Shown here one piece after another: positions 31,560-44,310 of a stretch of DNA of 64,000 bases. The notes under the pieces were generated by a model that saw only the letters and a list, made by a program, of their open reading frames with translations, did not search any database and was not told where the DNA came from. Within the stretch, counting starts at the first letter, position 1, and each line of letters opens with the position of its first letter. Location of the stretch: assembly GCF_964355755.1 (NCBI RefSeq), contig NC_092671.1, positions 25,804,070-25,868,069 of the forward strand, given 5' to 3'. The position numbers and the translations under genes are program-made. Source of the DNA: Antedon mediterranea (Eukaryota > Animalia > Echinodermata).

Positions 31560-33840
31560 GGCCCGGGCCGACTTGACTGGGTAGGGAGTGGATGGACGGG
31601 TTCGAAGGTGCGAATAACCCGGCCCCTTTTTATTGAGTGCCCTTCAAACTATATTGCCAAGGGTATTTCCAATTCAGAACCCGACATTGCCGCACAAACG
31701 CCATTAGAAAGAGTTTCAACATGGACGCAATCAACTCGGTTCCATCACTCATTCAACCACTTGTTGTTAAAAGGTCAGTTTGCCAACTCCGTAGTAAAGA
31801 ATGTTGGTTCTTCAGTCCATACAGGAGCTGTCATGAAAACACATTGTGCGATTGAAACCCACCAGATGGCCAACGTGTATATCAATACAAATTGGCTTCG
31901 AAGAAAACCTGAACGTGTCATCAGTACCGAACCATTCCACTATGGTTGCTTCAGTTTAGATACCAGGTCATACCTGCATGGCATTATGATATTAACATTA
32001 TAAAACATGTAGGGGCCTACTGTATTTGATACTGATACATACTAATGTTTATTTCTTTAAAAAAATAACAGCCTCGTTTTATTTGAATCTCTTTATTACA
32101 GCACATGAATACGACACCGTAGGAAATAAATTCCCTAGAAGCTAGATTGTCGCCATCGATACTGATACCACCAAGACCAAAGCATGAACAAGTAAACTTT
32201 AAGGTAATGTTCAAAACCATGTCTAATGAAACTGCTCTTTCAAACAATTAATTAATGAACTTAATTATCTTGCTATAAACATTTGTGTTCTTCCTTTTTA
32301 TAGGCACTTTATGTATTAGATCAACCATCACTTGACTTTGGAAGCTAATACTATGAACCTCCAAGCTATGAATTATGTTATCGATCGTTGTTCCTGCCAT
32401 CCAGACCCGATACCACTCGTCTATCATACTCATCGGCCATCTACAACAACAAGCTGGTTATAAGCATCTTGTTCAATCACTTGCAGTCTTCAGTGCATAT
32501 CATCTTCGAAAGCCCGATTAATCTTTGTAATGCTTGCCAGAATGTGGATGCTATTTTCTGAAAGCAATGGTGTTGGGAACCAAAGTGTGACAACATTAAA
32601 TGAAACACCAGCATCTGGTGCATACTGGTTGCTATACCATATTTACCAAGCTCTGTGTGGTTTGATGCATCTTGTTGTTCACAGCATGAGCCGGCAAACT
32701 ATACTGTAATGCCTCCTAGGTGAAGATAGTGACACCTCACGAGCTTTGTGCCAATCATTATCCGTCAGACGCCACCATTACGTCATTAGTTTCAAAATGA
32801 TGTATTTATTTATTTATTTATTCATAGGAATCACCTTTATATCGGTGGCACACATTATCAGTTAATGGTGCATCCAATTTACAGACAAAATACAAATAAC
32901 ATAAGCTACAAAGTTCTAAATACTAACACATAACATCAGAACAAAATGTAAACTAATTAATTAATTAGATCTGTATGAAAATACATAATACGTAAACTGT
33001 ACAATATATATAACTACAAAAATAAAAACAGAACAACAAAAATACAGGATAATGAATAAAAATAAATAAATAAAACTTACAGATACATCATGCATATGCC
33101 CCAGTTGGATCACATTCTGAATTCATCACCTTACAAACTGCCGCAATCGAACACGCAGAATTGGCTGTTGTTGATACGGATGATTATGACGGTTACACCA
33201 CTTCGTCGAATGCTTCATTCAGCGGAGAATGACAAAGCAATGTGTATTTATTACCACAACAGAGAAACATCCGAATCTTCGTTATTCGGAGAGTGGCGAA
33301 ATATATCGGTATCGTACTAAGGCCTTGGCATACATCAGCATATAACTTCATCCTCCCTGACCATCTATTGATGTTGGATTGAATCCTACCAACGGATCTT
33401 CCAATGTTATCAGTAAAAGATTTATATCCGTTACCGGTAAACATTTTACGTTTTCTATCAATTATACTTACTTATAAATCTAAATCTAAACCAAAAGTAA
33501 CAACCTCATACTTTTTATTTCTCAGAGTACGCTTGAAAAAAGTTTGTATGACGAAGTTTCTTTATATCGACTCAATTCATTAGATGGACCTCTTGTTGCT
33601 GTGAATTCCTGCATGGCCCCAATGGACAAATCGACGCAACCGATGTATGAGTTTTTAGTCACAGTCGAAGCCCGTGTACTACTGATGATATCAAGAGAAA
33701 GCAGATTATTCCCATTTATTTATGACCTTTGCAAGAAAAGTTTATTTGAATCAAGAAAGAAGATCGTCATCGAGTATGAGAAAATCCAGAACGTCTCTAG
33801 TTTGTGACTCTATCTAAAGCCATCAAATCCCAATACCCAC
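31560..33840 (+). pseudogene. Possible decayed multi-exon gene (weak Ig/FN3-like flavour)
   Basis: Several GC-richer blocks bounded by AG/GT (e.g. 33082-33436, 33526 onward) with stops in all frames; fragments such as SNGVGNQSVTTLNETP and FGEWRNISV. Identity unresolved. Confidence 0.25.
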
Positions 33841-34258
33841 AACTGAGTCTCGTAGAAGGTCTCCACATAGCGGTAGATATAGCAGTTTTAAGACATTTGA
33901 CTGTTAAATGTGCCCTGTCATGCCCCCCCCCCCCCGACTTATTGACTAAATTAATAGAATGAATAATCAAATTGGTTTATGAGAGAAGTGTATTAAATTT
34001 GGAAAGCTAAAAAGAAAATACAAACAAAAAACATGAAATTTCTGAAAGCACTGTGAAAATAAGAAAAAGCTAGGATTACTTTGTTTTTTTAAATATAAAA
34101 ATCGTTTGTGTGTCAAGTCATATTAATTTTAAAATGAAGTTCATCATTAATGGAATTTGTGACAGTGTTATTATTTGGGAGCTATTTTAGAGATATGTAA
34201 ATTATTATTTTGCTTTTGTTCTTCATAGAGTTATGCTGTAAATAATGTTTCCGTTACG

Positions 34259-34383
34259 TTTTTAGTCGCGTGGACGCGACTCTATAGTTCACTATGTCGG
34301 TCGGTCTGTCAGTCTGTCGGTCTGTCTGTCGGTCCGGTATCACTATGCGTTTTAGCACGCGACTTATGGCTGTTGGCCTTGTT
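34259..34383 (+). mobile_element. Helentron-associated (HINE/DINE-like) short element
   Basis: T-run, GTCGCGT-GG-ACGCGAC hairpin, (GTCY)n microsatellite, GGCCTTGT end; sister copy at 56211. Confidence 0.6.
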
Positions 34384-34926
34384 TATGTTAATTTACATTT
34401 AATGTAAAACTAAAAAAACAATTATAAAATAAATCTTCAAAGCTTTAAAGAAAAACTATAATGATAATGTAAAAATAAACATAGTTATTTTGAAATTAAA
34501 TTTAACGCGCGTTAATAAAATGCCAACTAATTATTTATCATTCCTCCCGGTCGTTAGATTATCAACCAAGAAAATTCATGTTCACAGTAATGCGGATCCA
34601 AGGTAAGGGGGATTCATTCTCCTTTATCAAAATCCAGTGGCCGTTTTTACCAATAATAACACTTAAGTGTATGTATCAATGTATGCTTATTATGAAATTA
34701 AGATAAAACAAAATTGGTTACGTCATTATTAATTGCATGTTAATTTTTTTTTTCGACAATCAAACAAACTATGACATTTTCTTGGGCCGAATTAACAAAC
34801 TTAACATTAACATTCTTCTTTAAAATGAAAGTATATACTTTGACAGTGCATCATTTAAAAAATGTTTAAAGATGTCATCATAGTAACAAATTATGATTCA
34901 TTGCGGTAATGTAATATCTGCACCTA

Positions 34927-35091
34927 AAGCTTATTTTCCTGTCGACGTTATTCGACGCTATCATCGTTAACAGTTAACGACGATCCTTTGAAAACGATCA
35001 AGTTGAAGATAACGATAGCAAGTACCTTTTCCTGTAAATCGTTAACATTTCAATGTTTACGTAGAAGATCGTTGACAGGAAAACAGGCTTT
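34927..35091. mobile_element. MITE
   Basis: AAAGCTTATTTTCCTGTC ... GACAGGAAAACAGGCTTT inverted termini. Confidence 0.65.
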
Positions 35092-35165
35092 AAGCAACGT
35101 CGGGTTCGGTTAGTCGGCCTACTATGATGGGAGACCGCCTTGGAATAGTACTGGGTGCTGTAGAC
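35091..35165 (+). pseudogene. 5S rRNA 3'-half fragment (pseudogene or 5S-derived SINE head)
   Basis: TAAGC..GTCGGG..GGTTAGT..GATGGGAGACCGCCT.GGAATA..GGGTGCTGTAG follows the 5S internal control region and 3' end, with small indels. Confidence 0.8.
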
Positions 35166-35654
35166 TGTAGGCTGTTACAAAATAAATTAATATCCCGTAA
35201 AATAAAATTATATTTATTGAATGTATAGATTAAATTTAATCACATAGTTTATATATTTTTAACGAATGTATTTTAATTTTGTCTGATAACTTTTCGGATC
35301 GCTTGTCAAAATCAAAATTGCCCAGGCCTATACATTGGTAATAAAATCAACAAACTATAGATTAAAAAAAAATGTTAAAAATGACTAGGCCTATTTACGT
35401 CTTTATAGTAACCACATAATTTATTGAGTTATTAAATCATTGTGAAACATTAAATAATTAAGAGACACCCGGGACTGGGTCTTCTTTAAGATTGGTCAGA
35501 TTTTTGGTAAAGAAAAAAATCTAACCGGTGCCGTTCTAATTTAAGGTTATTCTTTCAAGGCCAATATAGGGTCTACATTTTTGTTGAAATGGATTACTTG
35601 TTAACACCACCATGAAACTAAACTCCACGAGATAATTATTTGTCAAATGAAAAC

Positions 35655-35685
35655 AAAAGTCTACAGCACCCGGTATTCCAAGGCG
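35655..35685 (-). pseudogene. 5S rRNA 3'-end fragment with TTTT
   Basis: Minus strand CGCCTTGGAATACCGGGTGCTGTAGACTTTT. Confidence 0.75.
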
Positions 35686-36378
35686 TAATATGGCCGTAGA
35701 CAATTTTATACATTGGAAACTTTTATCTTATCATTCACCTGCATTTAGTATACTGCTCTCTTTTTAAAGAGGGCAGTATACCATAATATTAAAATATTTT
35801 AAAATATTTAGCGTTCAGTGTGTGACGCTGCAGCCAAAATCTGAGGAATTTGCTCATTTACATATTCCTTCAATGAGACAGGTGCTTTGCCATATTGGCA
35901 GACGATGGGTTGTTCTTTTCTCATTTCGTAGTACATGTTTGGGTTATGCGGACATCCTATGTACAGTCGCTGTTAAATGCTGTTGTTTTGGTTGTTGAAA
36001 ATGTTGGTAAGTTTTACATTAATCATCATAACAGCTATAATTATTAGTGTAACGAATTAACTTTTTTCGACATCAAAAGTGACGCCTAACTGTAGATTAC
36101 GGTGCGGCGTGATGTGCCATTACACACAATGTCTACCACCATTTGTTTAAATTCGTTTAAATTAAAAGATATTCTGAGCTACTTGTTTGTGTATTGTAAA
36201 TGTTATTTAAAATGATGCACAGCTCTTTAAAATTCTTGAATAACAATATGGTAATTGAAACTAAAGAAGATACAAGATGATACATGTTTTTCTTCGTGGG
36301 TCTTGCCTGAATTAGCCTGGTTAAATATGCATCTAATTTAACAATGAGTTTTCTTTAGGTGAGACATGTGCAATTCAG

Positions 36379-36412
36379 TATAAAAGCGAGTTAACAATTT
36401 TTCGATTCAGTT
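36379..36412 (+). promoter_or_regulatory. Candidate Pol II core promoter (TATA + Inr)
   Basis: TATAAAAG at 36379, TCAGTT with A at 36409 (TATA at -30), GTAAGT donor at ~36528. Confidence 0.4.
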
Positions 36413-39339
36413 GTACTTCTGCTCTCAATATGAATATGAACGTAGAGGACGGTAGCCAGATGTATTTCATGCCGGACTGCAACCACATAATGGCATCTAT
36501 ATGATGTCATAGAATAAATTGTATGGGGTAAGTATGCCATTATATTTACTACTGTTAATTTACTAGCCCTCTTTTATTTGTACTATGTTTCTTTTAAGGT
36601 GTAATCATTAAGAAGTTAATTATGGTTTTTAAGGATATGTCCGGACACTTCTCATTTTATTTCTATCTGGTTTTATGACCACCGTTATCACATTTATTCA
36701 GCAACATATATTTACATTGCTATATACAATATTGCAGCGATCTTACTTTTTGTAGTTGTAAGACCCTCTGAAGAAGAAATAACCTTAAATTTGCAGTAAA
36801 AATAACTCAAATTTAAAATGGTAAAACGAAAACATACGTAAAGATTATATAGGCCTAATCATCAAATACTATTTTTTAAATAGATATAATTGCCACTCAA
36901 ATCTTTTTTCAAAACTCTCTTGCCCTATAGAATTGCATGTTTCCATTCTACATTAAAATGCTCATTTATCGACCCCATACGTGATGGTTAATGTAAAGTT
37001 AACCAGTCCTAAGTTTGAAAATTCATAGTGACGCATCTTGATGGTACCACAATATTCGTTTGCGTATATCTTCAATTAGTCTTAGTCGATTATTGACGAA
37101 TTTACTGTAAATCCAAATAAAATACACTGTTGATTTACAGGAATCTGATTTGTACATGCCTATAATGAAATGCTTTCGGTCTGTATTGTATTCCAATAGT
37201 TTTATGGTGAATAGATTTAGTTTCAGCTGTGTTTCCTACAAACACCAATTGTATACAAAAGTAAAACTAGTATGCGTGTCTAGTACGTTAGATGACGATG
37301 ACATTATTTTGTACACAAATATGTACAGTTTTGATGATCGAAAACTTGTCGAAAACTTGTCTCATGTCGATTAATGATCGTTTCCATCGTCGTCCTATGC
37401 CTAACCCATTTCACTTTCTTCAGCATTAATTACCACCAGGTGCTGGTCCCATCACCAGTATGTTAGGCTTGGTGATTCTTGTTTCATTGTCAAATTTCGT
37501 AAGATCACAATATGATTTCTTAATATCTTTTTGTAGGCCTAATGTCAATATCAATGGAATTATTATTTCTTCAGTTAAATTTGTGCAGTAATTTTATTCT
37601 CCAGCTGATTCCTACCAAATGAATCTCGTAGTTCATCCTTTGTATTCACGCTCCTTCCCAACCTACGTTTTCGTTATAGAACTTCCAATAACCCACCATA
37701 CTTTTGTGTGGAAATTTGAATCGGAGATCCTTTCATGCAACACGCCCTTTGCGTTAACACCGTTCTTTTAACATTTAATAAATTTCTTCAATGTAAAAAG
37801 TAATTCTATTCTCCAGCCAATGGTAATTTAATTATCCCAAAAAAATCCTAGCAAGTGAATGTCATAGTTCACCCAGGGAGTGGTTGTACCGTTTGTATTT
37901 ACGCTCCTTCCCAACCTACATTTTCGTCATAGAACTTTCAATAACAGTCTAATCTCTAATAACTTCTGACCAACCACGCCTGATACGTTTTGTGTGGTGT
38001 AAATAAGAGATTCTTTTACGCCTTTTGCTTTAACACAGTTTTTTAAACATTTTAATATAGTTCTTCAATGTAAAATTAACAATACACCCTCCAAAAAATA
38101 CCATGCCACCTGTATCTATTTATCCAATGTCTTTATGTCTGTCATACTTGTACTATATATTTAGGCATATGCAATGGATAGTTTCAAACCTTATGATACC
38201 ATTGATATCTAGAACATAATCTGAATTGAAAATGAAAAAAAAAGTAATTCTGAAATGAAAGTATTGGTAACATGTTCAAAAATCATAATTAGTGTTTATC
38301 CAATGCATATTGAATGAGAGTATAGAAGGTTGGACAAACCTTGAAGAAATGAACAAAATGGACTGCATATGGGACATCTTGAACGTCACAAGTTAATAAC
38401 AATACAGAATATTTAACAAAATCAATTGCTAAAGGATGGAGATCTTGCGCATCACCAACTACAAGCTACATACAAAACTGAACAAGATAGCTTTCTGTAC
38501 TGTATATTTCTTGAAATGAAAAAAAAGATTTTCTAAAATTAGTAGGACCGTATTACATTACAATTAACCATATCTGGTGACTGTTTTGACAATCCGGAAT
38601 GCAAGTCCATTTCCAACGATGTTAATACGAAATTACACATTTGATAAAATGAAGAACAATATTGATTGCTTGGATAAAGGCTACCTGTATTCGAATTCTA
38701 AATACAAAGAGAGTGTACGTACAGACATCTGAAGATTGAACACTGTAATATATCTATGTTTGCAATGTAACTGGATTGGAGACTAGATGGCTGAACACAT
38801 GGAGAAACACCCGTCATCTTGTATATACTGCGAACGTTGAGATTTGACTATTTACAAAAACTATACATAAAAACTTTATGCATTGCCCTTTCACTTTCAC
38901 ACTATTAAAAGCATTGTTATTAATATTACATTTCGGAAATTTCAATGTATTTTTAGTCATTATAAATAAGAATATAATAAAATAAGTAAGGTTTGATACT
39001 GAAATTAATAATGTCAATGTAAGAATACAGTACAGTATTTTCTTCACTCAACATTTCTGCGTCTTCTGTGTAATGCAGTGGCTGGATTCTACCTTTAGTT
39101 GCTTGCACTCAACTTGTTCTTCTTTATTAAAATGTTGTATATATTATGTTCCAATCCAATTCCAATTCCCAGCTTAACGCACGCCTGATAAATGTCTTTT
39201 CCATCTTTTCTGTCCTTATCAGTCTTGGAAATCTTATTCTTTTTACCTAGATTAGAATCTAGCAAGCTAGTTTACTTTTGGGGACCAGCCCCACGCACCA
39301 GTTTACAAACGCTGTTAAAATTAATCCATTTAGAATTTT

Positions 39340-39820
39340 GATTTTTATTTTTAGTTTTAGCCTTGCTGTAGCAGTTGTTAATGCCACAATAACTACATTT
39401 ACTTTCTTGTTGATCTTTATACATTGTTGCTCATCTTCAAACTTACCATATAGAAATAAACATCAGTTTGGCCAAGAATCGTAGACCAGTATTCTAGGCA
39501 ATAGAGTCCTTACTTTATAACTACCAAAAACACGTCTCCTTGAATTTGGCTTCAACAAGTTTCAGGAAAACAGGCGGAGGCCATGGTCATTGAATTGTAA
39601 GAAAACTGATTTACTCCTTCCTATACCATTATCAAGAACAGGTCTTTTTGACAGATGGCTTTAGCCAGGAGTCAATGAAACGAATAGTGGTACCTATAAC
39701 TTTAGTGGACATTTTCTTACGACCATTAGTTAAAACATCTAGAATACAAATAACGCATGACAAAGTAACTATCATAACCTTGATAAATGTGGCCAAATAC
39801 ATGTAATATTTTGAATGTAA
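39340..39820 (-). pseudogene. Rearranged fragments of a second Polinton-like PolB copy
   Basis: NKKVNVVIVALTTATARL and HIYQGYDSYFVMRYLYS are diverged paralogues of 40810-40890 and 47080-47260. Confidence 0.7.
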
Positions 39821-40564
39821 GGATATTTTGTGAAGTGTAGATTGTCTTTGCTAATCCGGCAATAACTATAAGTTCCTCAATACCGCAAACACCACGATTG
39901 ACACTGGCTCTCAACATTAGATTCGTGAAACACCGACAACCAAAGCCATTTGCACAGAATGTTTTTATTATCCTTTTTGGTTCTAATTAAGGATCTGATG
40001 TCTAGGTGAACTAAATCAATGCCAGGTTTAAATTACCCACCATGCATAGGCATATGTATAATATTAAACACTAATTCACCTACTAAAATGTTCATATGAG
40101 ATTGTAAAAGTAGAAATAGCTGAAAAATAACTTCAGTGTTAATTTTTCCATTGAAAAACCCACACACCATTTCACCAACGCAGTTACAATTTTAATTCAC
40201 CTCCCCCCTTAAGAAAGTTTCCATTGTTTATTTATTTCCGCTAGATTATCATTTATATAACATCGTGTACAATAACTCTAGTGTATGAAACCTTGTATAT
40301 ATAATTATTATATACTTTATTATTATAGGCCTATATAAATATTTATTTCTATTTTTACTTTTTAAAAACTGTTATCAATTGTTATACATCAAAATAAGTG
40401 ACTATTCAGCAGAATGATAAATTTAGTAAAAAACAAATAAGAGAAAAAAAAAACAAACACAAATATGATTACACATTTTTTTTATGTTCAAAAATGTGTA
40501 CATAAAAAATGTGTGCTGAAAAAACAACTTAAAAAATTTGTTAAGAAATGTACAGATACTTACA

Positions 40565-41450
40565 TTACATAACATAACCATATGGAACTGTTCTAAAATC
40601 ATCGATTATTATTCGTTTGTTATACACAATACGATAATCTTTACTATCGTACTTTCTTTTTTGATCCCCCAGTGGAGAAATAATTTCCATCGTTAGGGCT
40701 AATTTCATTGGTGGTCGCCATTCTCCAGGTTTAGATGTAAATACACAAGAATCGGTGTCGTAGTACAGCACATGGTCTTGCAACTTTTCCAATAAGTCGT
40801 AGAGCTTTTAGCCTTGCTGTAGCAGTAGTAAATGCCGCCATAACAACATTCACTTTCTTGTTTACCTTTACAAATTGTTGTTCGTCTTCATATTTCATTT
40901 CTGCTAAATCGTCATTGTCATCATGTACAATAACTTTGGGTCCGAAAACTTGTCATAAATGTCATTTGGTTCAGAGGTAAATAAAGTTCTTGTAAAATTT
41001 TCACTCTGTCCAAATTTTTCCCAGAAGGAATTTAGCATAAGTTTTGCCAATGATCGTAGACTAGCATTGTAGGTAATAGAGTCCTTATCGAGTTTAATAT
41101 TTCGGAGTTATACTCCCTCTTCTGCTTAAAATTCCATGAAACAGTAACATTCCTAATTACATAGCCAACTTCAACAGCTATCTCTATCTCCGTTGATACC
41201 CATATCCCCGTCAGGCATCTTTCATTTTTATCATGGTTGCCTGATTCCTGATCAACGCATGTTCGACATAAAGGAAACATACGTTTTCCATTACTCCTAC
41301 AATATAAGGAAGAACAGGGTGAAGCAGCTTTTTTGGAGGACTAACTGTGCATTGAACCAGGCCACGAATATCTGTAGACATATCTTTGAAAGCTAACTTT
41401 TCAGGATGTCCTATCGGATATTTATTAGTTGACCATATACACCGTTGTAT
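40565..41450 (-). pseudogene. Polinton/Maverick/adintovirus protein-primed DNA polymerase B, C-terminal polymerase domain remnant
   Basis: YPIGHPE, GLVQCTVSPPKKLLHPVLPY, FPLCRTC, LTGIWVSTEI, AKLMLNSFW.KFGQ, AAFTTATAR, VLYYDTDS, YRIVYNKRII..TVPYGY; frameshifted. Confidence 0.88.
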
Positions 41451-42411
41451 TAGTGGCACTCGCAATATGCGGTGCGGTCCAGCAAACAAAGCAGAACACT
41501 TACATGTTTTACAATCAAGTTGTAAACTTTATGCTAGCACCATAAACATTGATTCTGATAAGGCCTGTTCAGTATTCTTAACTGAAAAAGGTGTGAAAGA
41601 CATAACATGAAATATAATATAATAATAATAATAATAATATAATATATTGTGAACTCGTATGATAATAATTATATTTCATGTTATCAGACGACTGCTAAAC
41701 ACACCATGCATAATGTATCGCTAGTTGTTAGTACACAATTATTTGCTTTAACTTTACATATCCCGAGATATCTTCTGCCATCTTTTCCAAAGAGTTCCAT
41801 AGAGATATGGACGTATGCAACTCTGACAATACTTTGTCTTTATAGTAAATGCAGTTTAGCCAATTGGATTTACATTTTCATTTAATTTTCAATTCTTCTG
41901 AAGTTAAACATTTGTTCTTCTTGACGATATCTTTAATTAAGATGATATCACTAATGCTCCCAAATTTCAATATACTGGTACTAGGAAACGTCAGATAAAA
42001 AGATGTTGTTCCCACTAGGACGAATCGAAAGTTGTATGCGCAACGCAAGGGAGTTGATTAATGGTTAGCAAAAGTTCGGATAATGAATAGCTTTTGATTG
42101 CGTTGTGTGGGAACCAAGCTTAACGCGCAGCTATATCAGGTCTTGAAAAAAACGTTACGCTAGGAAGAACAATTATGTCACAGAAGTCTTTGATGATAGA
42201 TCACCTAAACCTTCTTTGCGTGGTCTGATAGTTCGGTCAATAATTGTTGCTCTAAATAATAATGATCGCCTGCTGCTAGGGTGCGTCATTTAATGAATGT
42301 TCAAATAAAGTTTGGATAATGTCGTAAATTTTACGTTAAATCTTGCTATTCCTGTGCCATCCATCTGAGCAATATCTTATAAAAAATATAAATATTTATT
42401 TTGTTGGCTTA

Positions 42412-42646
42412 TTAAACAACCTCGATTACTGCTTGTGTGCTTGATTTTTGTAAGGTTCGTCTTCCATGTATGGGGCAGTCGGGAGAATATTGAAAGCCTT
42501 TCTTAAAATACTCTAGCCCTGGTCTATATCGCCTCAACATAGTTATTCTATCCCGTGTTGCTCGTCCTATTGTGTTTGCTGCCCGCTTTGATTGCTGTAA
42601 AGATGCACTTGTCTGAGCCGTCATCTTCTGTTCACTTGGATTAGAC
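42412..42646 (-). CDS. Terminal exon of an unidentified single-pass membrane protein gene (fragment)
   Basis: TAATTAG acceptor, phase 2 matches the upstream exon (CG|G = Arg), open for 78 codons to TAA. Confidence 0.5.
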
Positions 42647-43097
42647 CTAATTAATACAAGATTAATATAAGATAATACAATGCATGAATATATTATATTG
42701 ATTTTACTTTTATATATGATTATATAATTAGACCAGTTTCATTTCAGATGAGTTATTTCAATAATACTGAATTTAAAAAACGACATCATGTGAATAATTC
42801 TTTCAGTTGGTCACCTACAAACAGACGTGAAGCTTGGTTGCCACTATAGAAAAATCCCATCGCAACGTAACGACTCAACGTTAGAAAATATTCTTCTATT
42901 TTTGCATCTTACGAGAAATTGAAATACGCAAACGGTATAATTTACGTCTGCCTCACTGCTCATACGTGGTCTTCACCCACTTACGACACGCAAGGTTATG
43001 TTCTTACGGCAATTTTGCGTCGATACGTTGCGTATACGTCCTTGCGTAAATGGTCACCTAGCTTAATTAAATAGAACAGTACCACACATAAGGTTAC

Positions 43098-43346
43098 CGT
43101 GAATTTGCCATAGGTCTATCGCTAGTTGAGGCGCGAAGCGGTGGAGATGCTGACGCCTCTGATAAAACTGACTCGGTTGTGTTACTTGACCTTAGCTTGT
43201 ACTTTTTTAATTTGCAGTAGTAGTGCCAGCGCTTGAAGACTGTAAATAACATTATTCCTAGGACAACAGAGACGATTACTGGCATTACAAAAATGAGCGA
43301 TGACGTACTGTCATACGTAATGTAAAGGTGAATGGGTAAATAGAAT
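43098..43346 (-). CDS. Transmembrane-helix exon of the same gene (LIFVMPVIVSVVLGIMLFTVF-KRWH..KLKKYK)
   Basis: T-run + CAG acceptor, GTAACC donor, open frame, hydrophobic 21-mer followed by basic stop-transfer residues. Confidence 0.55.
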
Positions 43347-44049
43347 CTGAAAAAAAAAACTACAATAAATATTTCTTACAAATGTTCATAAATTGTCCTA
43401 TACTTCATGCAGGTTTTTAAAGATCTTTAGTAGAATAGTGAGTTTGATGCCAGTAATTTATTCGCAGTGGCGCAATCAAGAACCACAGGTAAATGAACAA
43501 GGCCCGTGCTCAAATTTGACTAAAAATGAATAAAGGCGTTGTTAAGTTAAGAGTAAGGCAGACATTCTTCACACAAAATATAGGCCTTCCTATGCAATTT
43601 CTGCCATCTACATTGAATCCTATTCAGGAAACCATTTAAAGTTTAGGCTTTAAAAGCATTTGACTGATTTTATCTGTTTGCCCCATATTGCAAACAGGTA
43701 TAGAGTGAGTGAGGGACACACAAGCTACGGCAAAGTTTATATCTCATATCTCGTATCAAAATCCAAATCAATCCACCATGCATTTTGAAGCCTATTTTTT
43801 TTTAAATATTTAAACAAACGGACATTATAATACTCAGGATTAAAATCTCCGAGTAAGGTGATACCCGCATCGCTTCGCAATAAACAAAATGCTGGTATAC
43901 GCGTGACGCACGTATATTGTACGCGAGACAACATGTTTGATCAGGATTTCACGGTAATGAACAAATGGTATACAGAATCATTTAAATTCGAGCTATCACC
44001 GTGTATGTTACCATAGTTACCGGTCAGTAAATAAATGGTATGAATTAAT

Positions 44050-44310
44050 TGAAATGATATAAATATCCCATAAATTCAAATATGAAGTTCGGTTCAAACG
44101 AAGCCCCATCAACTTTATATCTACCAAAGCATTTCTCATTATCATTACGGGCATGATGAATATGGATTTCATGTTGTTTTGATTCATAACTTAACCACTC
44201 CTTACTGGCAAGTTAAGTAATCTGCTGGCGGAAAAAGAGCAACCAATTATATTCGGCTTTAAAAAGTTCCTAGAAAAATACAAAATTACAGGCCGAGGCT
44301 ATGGTTTTTA
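44050..44310 (-). pseudogene. Polinton-like PolB middle fragment
   Basis: TIASACNFVF.RNFLKPNIIG and EWLSYESKQHEIHIHHARNDNEKCFGRYKVDG..IFEFMG. Confidence 0.8.
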
